Origin: Azolla caroliniana
Lineage: Eukaryota; Plantae; Polypodiophyta
Assembly (NCBI GenBank): GCA_043228905.1
Contig: JBHGNT010000001.1
Location: 25,978,001-26,042,000, forward strand
DNA: 64,000 bases
Direction: 5' to 3'
In this document: in pieces, positions 40,300 through 52,416 of the stretch
Position numbering within the stretch: the first letter of the stretch is position 1
How the letters are laid out: each line of letters begins with the position of its first letter
Translations under genes and position numbers: made by a program
Notes under the pieces: model-generated
Seen by the model: the letters and a program-made list of their open reading frames with translations, nothing else
Database searches by the model: none
Told to the model about the DNA's origin: nothing

Positions 40300-41090
40300 T
40301 TTATTTATTATTTAAGAAAAACAAATATTTTTACATCTATTATATAAAAATATTATTAGTATGAGGTCCCCTTTTTAATTAGATAAAAATATCAAATTTG
40401 GTGGGAGAGTAAAAAGTGGGGAATTAATGAACCTTTTATTTATTAAAAATAAAACAAATAGTTTTAAGTTTTACATCTATTATAAAAATATTATTAGTGT
40501 GAGGTCCCTTTTTTAATGTCAGATAAAAATATGAAATTTTGTGGGAACATTTTATTTATTTATTTTTTGTTTTATTAAAAAATAAAACAAATACATTTAA
40601 GTTTTATATCTATTATAAAAATATTATTAGTGTGAGGTCCTCTTTTTAATGTTAGATAAAAATGTAAAATGTAAAAAGTGGGGATTTAACGAACCTTTTA
40701 TTTATTATTTATTTATTTATTAAAAATAAAACAATTAGTTTTAAGTTTTATATCTATTATGAAAATATTATTAGTGTGAGGTCCCCTTCTTAACGTTAGA
40801 TAAAAATACGAAATTTTGTGGAAACCTTTTATTTATTTACCTATTTTTATTTATTTTTTGTTTTATTAAAAAATAAAACAAATACATTTAAGTTTTATAT
40901 CTATTATAAAAATATTATTAGTGTGAGGTCCCCTTTTTAATGACAGGTAAAAAGATCAAAGTTTGTGGTAGAGTAACACTGGGGAATTAATGAACCTTTT
41001 AGTTATTATTTATTACAAATGAAACAAATACTTTTAAGTTTTACATCGATTATATAAAAATATTATTAGTATAAGTCCTATTTTTAATGT
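40300..41090. repeat. AT-rich tandem repeat, ~135-145 bp units, ~6 copies
   Basis: TCTATTATAAAAATATTATTAGTGTGAGGTCCC core recurs six times. Confidence 0.9.
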
Positions 41091-41119
41091 GAAGTTAAAC
41101 CCCTTTTTATTGCCAAAGA

Positions 41120-41323
41120 CTTTTTTTTTCCCAAAAAAAACTCCTTCCATTAGTTATAAAATTTTACAAATAAGATGATTATGTACAAATCCTTGTAGGG
41201 ACGCGATAGTTCCATCTTATGTGGATGCCCATTGACTCAAGAAAGGGAGAGGACGACCATTGTTGGATGAAGGCTATCCGTTGTCTTTCAACTCCATCAA
41301 AGCTGCCCTTGAGGCCATCAAAG
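41120..41323 (-). mobile_element. Short 3' fragment of the same L1-type LINE
   Basis: DGLKGSFDGVERQRIAFIQQWSSSPF...RVPTRICT plus the same 3' UTR and A-tail as the 38205 copy. Confidence 0.8.
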
Positions 41324-41472
41324 TCTTCTTTGTTATATGAAGAAATTGAACTCATTTTTTTTAATGAATATTCTTCATGCATTCTTATGCGTATTCGTAT
41401 GCATAAGAATACATACGAATACAAATGACTTATGGATAATATTAGAAGCAAGATTGGATGTGTGTGTGTGTT

Positions 41473-41525
<53 letters not shown>

Positions 41526-41574
41526 TTATGGATAATATTAGAAGTAGATTCGATGAGAAAAAGAGAGAGCTAAG

Positions 41575-41735
41575 ATAGATGTAGCTCAGTTGCTAAGGTT
41601 GCCCAATGGAGACCAGGAGGTCATGGGTTCAACCCTTACATTCCACAGTGGCTTAATCTAATGAATTAAAAGATAGGTATGAAGTATATAATAGAGAGGT
41701 GAGTAACAACTTACTAATAGGACAAGCTAATTACA
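41575..41735 (+). mobile_element. tRNA-derived SINE-like repeat (best-preserved copy)
   Basis: TAGCTCAGTTG.T A-box and GGTTCAACCC B-box at tRNA-like spacing. Confidence 0.65.
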
Positions 41736-42079
41736 ATAGAGAGAGACAACCTTAGACTCTTGGTATTTTAAAAAAGAGACTTTACAAGTTTATGTACCCT
41801 TAAGCTATATTTTAGGGTTACGAAGAGTATGAGATCACAAAGCACCTTAAGGATGACTTAAGATTAGGCAATATTCATCATTGAAAATTACCTTGGTGTG
41901 TACAAATCCTTTTAGTTAGGAAAAAGAAGGGAACTTTGTGATATTGTATTAATTATCATCAATTAAATGAATTGACAATTAAAAACTCATATAATTTCCC
42001 CAAACAATTTTATCAAAATCCATTTGAACAGCTTACCATCAAATAAGAATTTATGAGGAAGATAATTCTAAAACAATGT

Positions 42080-43384
42080 TTTGTACATGTTGCAAACTTC
42101 ATGAGTTTTTTGCCTTTTGGATTAACTAATGTTATGTATATCTACCTTCTAATAAGAAATGAATGAAATTATTTGAGAACAACTTAGAAAAAGATTCGTT
42201 GTTTTCTTGGATGACATTCTTATTTATAGTCTTCAATTGGAAGAACATGAGTTTATGTTCACTTTGTCTTACAAACATTGTGTGATAAACACTTCTTTGC
42301 TAAGATGTCAAAAAGTGAGTTTTTAAAGATCTCTATCATTGGGACATCTCATTACTACTCACCAAGAAATTCAAATTAATCCTCATTTTCATAAGGTCAA
42401 CTCATGGCCAATTCTATGTAATGTCCATGAATTAGTTTGCTCATCTCTAGGATTTGTTGGTTTCTTATGAAAATGTGTTCACAATTATTCGAAGTTGACT
42501 ACCATTTTTTATTGACCTTTTAAAAGGTCAAACACATAATTATGGTAAATCGGTAACTTGGAAATGAATAACTTTACAACGTTTCCACATTCTTACAAAA
42601 GTATATGTTTGCCTTGCTCCTATATTTACATTGCTCAACCCATCAAAATCATATGAGATTGAAACCAATGCTAGCAATTATGCAATACTTGTTTTTTCAT
42701 TTTCAAGATGGCAAACCCAATGCATTTGAGATTAACACATTTAAAAACCTAATCAATGTCGGTATTTAGTTCAAGAAAAAGAATTGTTTGTCATCATATA
42801 ATATGCTTTAAAACCGTGGCGGTCTTACTTATGTGGAATTCAGGACTAGCAAGATATATACGGTCACAAGTCTTGATGGGCCGACGTCATTGAGACTTTG
42901 ATTTCTCCATATGATCTCCATACGATACCATAAAGATTTGATGAATACCATCATGGATACATCAAGTTGTGTTCATGAAGTTAATTTGCTTAACTTCATT
43001 GAATTAAAATCTGATATTTGTAATCAGCTTCAAGGAACATATCTTGATGATCATTTCTTTAAAAATTATCGAAAATGAGAGTTAAATATGGTAGAAATGA
43101 AAATATATGCACCACACCCTCAAAGAGAATCTTTGACATTTCCAATAATCTACTCTACTATACTACGAAAGGTTTATAATCCAAATTATTCTAATGTAAA
43201 TAATGTTATTCTTTTTTAATGTCATGATGCACCTTTGGTTGAATGTGTTGGTATTGTATACTTGTTCTTGTCTCTATTAAATTTTATTGGCCTAAAATGC
43301 GTTTTGACATACAAGACTATGTGTTTGAATGTCTATAATGTTGATAAGGCGGAGCATTTAAAGTCATAGGTCTTTTGTATCCCT
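42080..43384 (+). mobile_element. Ancient Ty3/Gypsy pol remnant (RT-RNaseH-integrase zinc finger); continues at 58149-58425
   Basis: FLPFGLTN, VVFLDDILIYS, IETNASNYAI, KELFVII, CHDAP, FYWPKMRFDIQDYVFEC, GLLYP. Confidence 0.75.
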
Positions 43385-45418
43385 CAACGGTGCTCCTAGA
43401 TTTTGAGAACTTAGCATATGACAGAGTATGCTGGAACTTTGTAGAGAGTGTGATACGGAACTCGGATTTCAAGAGTCATGGATCAAAGGCATTGCGTTCC
43501 TCTATAGGAATGCCAACATCTGCGTATCACTAGTAGGTGAAAGGGGCCCCTTCTTGTGAATATCGTGATTTGTATGAAAGGGTTGCCCACTGGCTCCATT
43601 GTTATTTCTATTATATGCTGAAGCAATCTCTAACTTTCTCAACTCGTGGCATCTAAACCTACATGATCTTCCTATGCTGCACTCTCACCAATGCCTCTTG
43701 GATATAGATTTTGCAGATGACACCACAGTCTACATGCAAGGGGATGTGGAAAATCTAAAGAAGTTAGAAAGTGGATTAATTGTGTTTTGCAAGAGATCAT
43801 TCGTCATGATCAATTGGGCCCACGAATCCTGTGCAATATGGCTTTCTAATGAAGCACATCCTACTTGGCACCCACATCCTAGTTTCAAGTGGATCAATCA
43901 AATATTTGGGCTTCCAAATTGGATTCAACATTCCCCCAGAGATGATGGTTGCACTAGTTATTCACCCCATTCAACAAAAGTTGATACATTGGATCTTGAA
44001 AGAAGTCTCACTAGTAGGTTGCATCATAGTGGCAAACCAGGTATTACTCGCAACAATGTGGTGTAGCCTATCATGTTGAACAATGTCCAAGGAAAGTATA
44101 CATCAGGTTTAGCGACTAGTATGCAACTACATTTGGTCTAGTACGGAAGATCATGCAGCTCGGGCCAAGGTTGCGTGACCTATACTCACATCACGTGAGT
44201 TGAGAGGATGGGGGTCTGATTGATCCCCTCTCACAATCCAAAGCCCTACTCTCCAAATTTGTGGTGTGAGGATTTCAACCAGGGGATGACTGGTGGAAAA
44301 TGCTACTGCAATTATGCGTCGCTTACTTTAAGCCACGAAGAGGGGTCAATTAGGCCCTCCAAGACAGGATGGATTCTAAACATGGATCTCAAACCAAGTT
44401 TCTCAGTGCACCAATTGGAGGATAGATTCAATGCATCCATGTGGAAGGCATGGTGTGACATAAGACAAGGGCTGAAGTGCGATCAACCTAACTCCGAACC
44501 TGCCTGGCTTAGTCAACGATCTTGTGGAACCCATGTATTAGAGATGAATCTGGTCAATTAATTGGATCAACTAGGGGGTTGTCATGGGGATGCATTGAGA
44601 AGGTCCAAGAAACAATATAGAATGTTGGAGACGGTTTATGCCATTGCCAATACAAGATCAGGCCAACATACTCCATGGAATGAGGGGCGGATGGACTATG
44701 AGATCTGAAATTATGAACGCTCTCTTGCTTAGGGAAGCTGCTAATGAAAGGACGACAATGGAGAAGTGGATAGGTGTCGAGGAGGAGGGCTCTTTGATCA
44801 AAGAGATAGGGAAACCCTAGACAAGATCGAAGGTCATGAATTTTGAGACAATGAGATACCAACATTAAAAATGGCAATTTGAGTACTCGCATATACTAGT
44901 CATAAATGGATTATCGATCCTGATATGATCAAAGTACAACTAGAATGGCACATATGTGCTCATGAAAACACATGGCTATGTAAAGTTTAATGGAACCCTT
45001 TGCAATGGACATGGCACAATCCTTATGCGGGTCAAGTAACCAAAGCCATCCCTTTCTTCCAATTCACAACTAGATTGGGATGCCACATTCTAGCTGCTCA
45101 AACTGCCCAGGAGTAGGCTACTACAAAGATATGGCACACATATCATGTTCCCCATACAATTATCACTAAGTTTTGGGTGAAAATTTGGAAATGACAACAC
45201 GCTAGGGGAATTACCAAGTTCTAATGGCTATTAATACATAGGTCATTATCACGTGGCAACGTGGGAACCATAGCTCTCCTAATTGTGTAACATGCCCAAA
45301 TAACATCGGGTCATTTGAAACAAGTAATATGTTGCATTTGAAGAATTGTCCGTAAAAAAAAGACACAAAATAGGCCGGTTCACAAAAAAGGGTATTGCAT
45401 GCGTAAAGGACAAGGACT

Positions 45419-46150
45419 ATGCCTACCTATAAGCTAAGGTCGGACATAGAGCAGACAACGGACCTAAAGAAGATTCTCGAAGAACGAGTTCTTGATAGCC
45501 ACGTAACTTTGTCCTTGAGGGAATTGCTTGGCATTACGAAGGAGTTCCATGACACGATCGTGGACCTTGTAAAGAGAAAAAGACAACAATCGGACGAGGA
45601 AGAAGAGAAGCCGCAAAAAGCAAAAACGAATGCCATAACGATGGCAAGAGACGAAGTCGATGAAGATATGGTGGACAAGCACTATACTCGACCTCATTGG
45701 GCACGAACGACAACGGAGACGCCGATGAAGATCGGGGAGAAGAAAGAGACCGTGGTAGCTTTGATCGACCACGGCTCGGAGATCAACCTCATGTCAACCG
45801 ACTTTTACAAAAAAGGAAGATGGCCAATCAATACAAACCACGGATGGAAGATTCACGCGGCAACAATGTCTACGGAGGACTTGTACGGAGCTTGTCCCAA
45901 TGTCAAAGTCACGATCGACGATGTGGAGATGGATCAACACTTCTTCGTACAAGAATTAGCATCGCATCCTGTCATCCTAGGGCAACCTTATATCACATCA
46001 TCTCGGATGGAGACCACAGTGTTCGATAATGGAGCAGCCTTCGCACAAATAAAGAGTCTTGACAACCAAAGATCGGTCCAATTCCTAACGGTGCGAACCA
46101 ATCATGAAAGGAATCGAGATAGTCTCGGAGGCGAATCCTCGGATTTTTAG
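45419..46150 (+). CDS. Gag C-terminus + aspartic protease of the Gypsy element (5'-truncated)
   Basis: ALIDHGSEINLMS protease active-site motif and VILGQPY; open to TAG at 46148-46150. Confidence 0.85.
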   Translation: MPTYKLRSDIEQTTDLKKILEERVLDSHVTLSLRELLGITKEFHDTIVDLVKRKRQQSDEEEEKPQKAKTNAITMARDEVDEDMVDKHYTRPHWARTTTETPMKIGEKKETVVALIDHGSEINLMSTDFYKKGRWPINTNHGWKIHAATMSTEDLYGACPNVKVTIDDVEMDQHFFVQELASHPVILGQPYITSSRMETTVFDNGAAFAQIKSLDNQRSVQFLTVRTNHERNRDSLGGESSDF

Positions 46151-46203
46151 AGCGGACTATTGAAGCATGGGGCACAAATAGTCTGAGCAATCACAAGACC
46201 CCA
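46141..46203 (+). other. Predicted -1 ribosomal frameshift signal (G GAT TTT + H-type pseudoknot)
   Basis: Heptamer 46141-46147 immediately before the stop codon; stem 1 46153-46161/46177-46185; stem 2 46168-46172/46199-46203; the -1 frame is open into pol. Confidence 0.7.
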
Positions 46204-48824
46204 CAAGTAAGAAGAGTGCGTGGATTGCGAGGAGAAGCAACATGTGTCACACCTAGTGGCGCATGTAAACTAGTACTACCCGACAAGAAGGACAAGCGTC
46301 AGATACAAGAATTTGAGAAGATGCTGAAAGAAGAAAACATAATAGAAGAAGGAGAGTTCGTGACTCATATTATGGAAGAAGCCTCATTTAATGACACCAT
46401 CAGCGAAATCGAGGACGTCGTGGACTTGAGCTATCTTCACGACCAGCGCGTGATTTTGGTTAACTCCGTCAACATGTACGCTATCATCGATGAATACCGT
46501 TGTGGCATCTCGATGAAGGAAGCTGACATCAACACGAAATATAAAACGGTGGATAAGAAGATCAAGCCAGTTGCGGTTCCGCTACCGGAAGATAGCTGGC
46601 AAAAGATGAAGGAAGTCGCTAATGATCCAAGCTTAAAAGATCCGAAGACGATAGGTCATGTCTTCACCGAAGAGACGAAGGGGAAGGGGAAGCTACGAGT
46701 TGGAAAGGAGGATTTCCTTCTCCCTGAAGAGGAGCGAATGTTTTGCAATATGCTTGAGAGACATGGGAAGGCTTTCACATTCTTCCCACGAGAAATCGGA
46801 TGTGCCGACCCAAAGGTTATAGAGCCGATGGTGATCTTCACGGTGCCTCATGTGCATTGGAATTTGAAACCGATACCGGTTCTGAGAGCACACCTTCTGA
46901 AGCTGATCGGGCTCTTAAAGGAGAAGGTGAGTATGGGAATTCTAGAACCGTCGAATGCTCCTTATTCCAATAGGTGGTTCACGGTGCCGAAGAAGAATGG
47001 ATCATTGCGATTCATCCAAGATCTTCAACCCGTCAACAAGGTGACAATTCGAAATACCGGAATCGGTCCGAGCATGGACGAATTTGCCGAAACGTTTGCG
47101 GGCCGGTCCATCCACTCGATTGGCAATCTCTACTCCGGATATGACCAATTCCAATTGGCGATCGATAGTCGGGACATTACAACCATGAGGACTCCGATCG
47201 GGCTTGTGCGGATGTGTACCTTACCCCAAGGTGCAACGAACTCGGTGGCTCATATGGTGAATGCCATGAATAAAGTCTTGAAGGATTGCATCTCGGACAT
47301 CACGATGCCATTCTTGGATGATATTCTAATAAAAGGATGTTCGGATGAGGAGAAAGATGAATCAAAAGATAAGGAAGGTTGTAGAAAGTTCGTTGCGGAT
47401 CATATGAAAGATTGCGAGAAGGTGCTTCAAAGGCTCGAAGATGCGAATTTGACATTTTCGGAAGAAAAATCCGCATTCGGGCAACTGGAGATCTTGGTGG
47501 TAGGTCACTTATGTGGGGCATACGGCCGGAAGCCTTCGCCATACAAAGTGAACGCGATCCAAGACATGAAAGAAGAATGCAAAAACCAAATGGAGGTTAG
47601 AAGGTTCCTTGGAGCATGCATATTTTATCATATCTGGATTCCGCACTACGCTCATGTCGCTGAACCGTTATATGGACTACTAAAGAAAAGAATGAAGTTC
47701 GAATGGCGAGATGAGCACACAAATGTGATGCGAAGATTGAAGAAACTGCTTCTTGAAGCTCCGGCACTAAGGAAGGCCGACTATGCCGAAGGGAAGCCGA
47801 TTTACGTGACCGTAGATACGAGCCCAACCGGAATCGGGTGGGTCATCAATCAAGAAGGAGAAGATAATGACCGATATGCTGTCCGGTTCGGAGCAAAGAT
47901 TCTCAACGAACGACAACAAAGATATGCCCAAGTCAAGCGGGAACTTTGGGGTATTGTGTCGGCAGTGAAGACGGACAAAGATTACCTGATCGGGTCGGAA
48001 GTGATAATAGAGACGAATTGTCTCCCAATTCTCGGAATGGTCTCGGGATGTGCGACCGCAGATCTTGCTATGCTAAGGGGAAGATAGTGGCCGATCGAGG
48101 GGAGTTGGATGCGCACGAAGCGACGGAGCTCTTCGAACGTCTAGGCGTGAAGTTCTCCCTCACGATTGCCTACAATCCGGAAGCAAATGGGAAGATCGAG
48201 CGAGGGCATGGACCTATCGTTAAAGCCATCGTACGGGCATGCAACGGTCGAGTTGGGAATTGGCCACGACTATTACCCTATGCCTTGTGGGCCGATAGAA
48301 CGACACACAGCTCAGTGACAGGGTATATGCTGACGGAGCTTTTGTATGGACAAAAGCTGGTTATGCCCATCGAAAGGACGATCGCCTCATGGGTAGCGAT
48401 ACCGTGGGAGAACGAGATGAGTTGAGAAGAGTTATTAGCGGCGCGTATAAGGCAACTTGAAAGAAGACCTGAAGATCTAGAAAAAGCACGAAAGATGATG
48501 GAGGCAGCCCGAGTAAAGAACAAAGTTTAGTTCGACAACACGCATCAACTTCGTCCCAAGAAGATTGAAGAAGGAGATTGGGTTTTGGTTTACGACAACA
48601 ACCTTGACAATCAACACCGTACAACAAGAAAGTTCCCAAGAAGATGGTTCGGGCCGTATGTGGTGACAAGTGCCAATGATAATGCCACATACCACCTTGC
48701 GGAGCTAGATGGATCAAGGTTAGCCGTACCCATTGCGGGAAAAAGAGTAATGATTTTCAAGAAAAGACAAGACGAGAATCTTGAACTCGATCACCTCGAC
48801 GATGAACATAATAGGCGGATGTAA
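46141..48824 (+). pseudogene. Gypsy pol (RT, RNaseH, partial integrase) with internal deletion near 48078 and stops
   Basis: WFTVPKKNGSLRFIQDL, LPQGATNS, PFLDD, VDTSPTGIG, KRELWGI; then an abrupt jump to KIVADRGE..AYNPEANGKIERGH (integrase core) and WFGPY. Confidence 0.88.
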
Positions 48825-50116
48825 ATGAAGACATGGAGGAATCTGATTGATCACCGTAGCCGAAATATCACTTTCTCTCTTATGTGCGGTTTGGTCGTGG
48901 TGGATGTTGTGAAGATTTTCGGCAATGGTGTGAAAATCACATAAAACATACAAAATCGAGTATGAATCACATAAAACAATAATAATGAATATATTAATTC
49001 TAAGTAAGTTTAATATCTTAGTAAAAAAGACAAAGATCTTGAAGAGATGTACTTTACTACATAAGAAACAGACATCTAAGTGTCAACTTATGTGGGTAAG
49101 AGGTTGCGAAAGAAAAAGAGAAAATTGTGAGATATCCCACATAGATAGGACAAATAAGGCTCTCACCATATATAAGGTGGAGCAAAAGCTATTATCTTTG
49201 TGTCTATGTGTTGAGCATAGAGAGGTCAAGGTAACTTGAATTAAGAGTGGAGGTGGCCTAGCCACTTGTAAAGGTTTTGGCAAACCAAAACGGAACTGGA
49301 TGGTAACCGACGATCGGTGATCTAGCGGTATCGGCATTCAACGGAGCTGGTGATCCGGTGGTATCGGCGGCGTCGGAGCCAGTGACCCGGCGGAATCGGT
49401 ATCCGACGGAGCCGATGATCCGGCGGTATCGGTATCCGATGGGCCGACGACCGACGGTAACCGGCGGCATCCGGCGAACCAGCAACTGGCGACGATCGGC
49501 ATCTGGCAAACCGATGTCATCCGGCATCCGACGACCAAATTAATAAATAAATAAATATATATCACATATATATACACAAGGAGGGTAAGTGAGGATTCCA
49601 ACCTTGCACCTCCTAGTTAAGAGTCAATAGGCTTACCACTAAGCCATGACATTTAGTTGAATTTATATTTCTATCATTGTACTTTTACATGGAAATTCTC
49701 ATACATGAGAGCTAAAATGAGTGACATGGTTATCATGCACCACATGTAATACATGAGCGCCAAATGGTAAACATGCATTTTATGCATGTCTTGTACCCTC
49801 ACATGCATCATATGCATGAGAGCATCTATAAAAGAAGGGATGAAAAAGAAGAAGGGTTAGGTTTTTTTTGGTTATGAAATTAAGAAGAAGAGAATTCATT
49901 ATCGAATTGATCGTGTAACTTGTTTCTTAAATCTAAAGATAAAATTTCAATCAATCTCTCTCAATCGAAAGTCAAGCGTTTAATCTCAACTTCTCTCTTT
50001 CCCAATCTATCTTAAATACTTCCTCACTAAAGCTTGTACCGACTTCGAATCCTTACGGTCCAGAACCCTGGCGGTTCCGCCTCACGATCCGCGCCTAGTG
50101 ACGGATCTTCACGACA

Positions 50117-52154
50117 ACATAAATATCTCTCTGTCGTGGACAAACTAGATTATTCAAGTCAGGATTATCTAGTGATTGAAAACGAGTCGTGCTCACCATT
50201 GATGAGCTACTAATATTCCATTTGAATTGATTTTGGAATGGCCAATAACTGGCAAAGTGGGTAACTAAAATCGTATGTTGATAAGATGGTTAAGGAAGTT
50301 ACCCACCTTTTCTCTTCACGACACCGCATTCAATGTATCTTTTTCTCTTCAATCGAACTACTAGGAGCCAATCTTTTATGGTCGTCATACGACATTTGTT
50401 CTACACAATGGATTACTGCATCTGGAAAATGCAATAAGAGCCTACATCCCTCTTGTGGCTCCCATTGTGAACTAGATGAGTATTGTTTGACATACAACAA
50501 ATTCGTCTGGTTGTGGCTCATAGAACTTCTTTTTATGAGGAAGACGTGGTTAAAACTTATATTATTAAGTGGTGCAAGAACCCTACATAGAGTCCCATCA
50601 CCATCCATGCAGAAGTGTTTAAAATCATAAACTTCATCCAAATGTTGTACTTCTGGCTTTGGGGTATAAGCTTCAATGATCAACTTTGACAACGTAGGAA
50701 GTGTGAAAACATTACATCTCGCAAATTTCTTTGAGAATCTACTAAACATTTGATCTATATGATCATGCACATGACTAGCTAGTAAGAAATTTACCTTAAT
50801 CTTTTTAAATATGCCCCTCTCTACTAGCATGCTTAATACAATTGAGTTTTTGTTTTCTTTGGTTGTGTTGTCTAGTTCCACATATAGTACTGGTGGGAGA
50901 ATACCTTGCCAAGACTGTAAAACTCTTTGCATTATTGTGATTGTAAGATTAAGGTCATTGTGTATATTAGGATAAGCTAGGAACACTTGAGGCCTTATTG
51001 TCTAACAATACCACAAACACCTACTAAGTGCATTTGCACAAGGCATTCATCTCCTAGACCAATATCCTTTGGCAACCTTCGAAATTGTGGCAAACAAGTC
51101 TTCTTCTGATCCTAGCACATGTACCTTTTCAGTGATTGAAACGCTTTTTGTTGATGGTGCATAACTTTAGATCTTTCCAATGCTTGACTTTCTCGATGTT
51201 CTTTTAATAAAATCTTATAAAGCTTTATTTCGTCATTTGTTCTTCCACTCTTTGCCATGCTTTTTAAACTTGCACATATAGAGCAAACACCCATTCGGCC
51301 TTACGTGGTATGACCACATTGTTAAACTCCAATCCCCATAATCGATTGTAAGGTACACTTTCTAATAAGATGTCATCCTTATACGCTTGGTAAACCTCAT
51401 GACGAGTGAAGTTAGTTGACAAATGTAATCTTCTAGTAGTGGGCATAATATCACATTACTTTGAGAAATATATGTCCATCCACTTAACGGCATGGCGCCC
51501 AATCAGACCCTTACGTCTAGATTCTTTATTGTTGAACGGTTCCCACGAACCCAATCAATGTTGAATTCTCTGGAGCTTCATGTTACCAAAGTTATAAGCA
51601 ATTTTGAAAGCAACTCGACAACTCTTCATACTAGGTGCAAGGTAATATTCGACATGCATTGAACTTGGCCCTATTGTATGGTCCTGAACAAGTTGCATAT
51701 GTGAAATCATAAAAGTATCTTGTTCATCACCATTAAGTGACAAATACTTATGTCACAATCCCCTCAAGTTTGCCTTTCCAAATTTCGAAAGACAAAGATT
51801 CCCACAACATGGCTTGCTTGTATCAAATGCAATTTGACGATTTGAACACAAAAAATTATATCTTTTAACACACTTGCCATGGAATTCTTCGAAATTTGAG
51901 AGGCTAATTTATGCAAGCCTCGTCACTAGATGAACCGACCACTTCACTACTTTACTTTTTTGAATACCACCTAAGTTAAAAGGCTCGTTCGAAAAAAGGG
52001 ACTTCGATCTTTGCCCAATATCACCGTTTGACCCTTGACATTGGCACCTTTTAACATTTAGATGGTTGTATTCCTCGGTTGAGAGTAATGATTTATTAGA
52101 TAATGTAAAAGGTTCAACAGAAAATAGAGAAATTTTACTCGATGTTGAGGACAT
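50117..52154 (-). pseudogene. Sola-like DDD transposase (DUF7869-like), frameshifted and interrupted at the 3' end by the Gypsy LTR
   Basis: CCGNLCL, IMPT..LHL..VY..Y, LW..EF.NVVIPR, GVCSIC, H..Q..ER, DQKKTCLP, LPPVLYVELDNTTKENKN, GIFKKIKVNFLLASHVHDHIDQMFSRFS. Confidence 0.85.
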
Positions 52155-52416
52155 CTTGGCTAGGGTAGATTGGATCAAATGAGGGAAAAAGTAGAAAAAT
52201 TTCTACTAAAATAAGCCACATATAAAAATAGTTTCTAATAAATAATTTTATTTATTTTTAAAAGAATAAAATAAAATATTAAAAAATTACTATATAAAGG
52301 AAAGTCATCTCCTCATTGTCATTATCACGTTGAAGATTTTCAAGAGCTCAGGAGCACTAGCATTCTCGCACTTTCAGTTTTTGTCATCTCCAACACCTGG
52401 ACTCAACTCTGGCACC
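52155..52416. promoter_or_regulatory. Putative bidirectional promoter between the transposase and the methyltransferase gene
   Basis: ~260-bp AT-rich gap between divergent ATGs (52154 -, 52417 +); TATATAAA at 52291-52298. Confidence 0.45.

Larger units (their letters stand above)
45405..50116 (+). mobile_element. 5'-deleted Ty3/Gypsy retrotransposon (non-chromovirus, Phygy/Selgy-like) with 3' LTR 48905-50116
   Basis: Protease, RT, RNaseH and integrase motifs in Gypsy order; LTR termini TGTTGTGAAGAT...ATCTTCACGACA; 5' LTR and most of gag absent. Confidence 0.88.

Noticed and set aside
49258-49543. GC-rich ORFs within the LTR
   Set aside because: Produced by CCGG/ATCGG low-complexity U3 sequence; open in several frames with no protein features.
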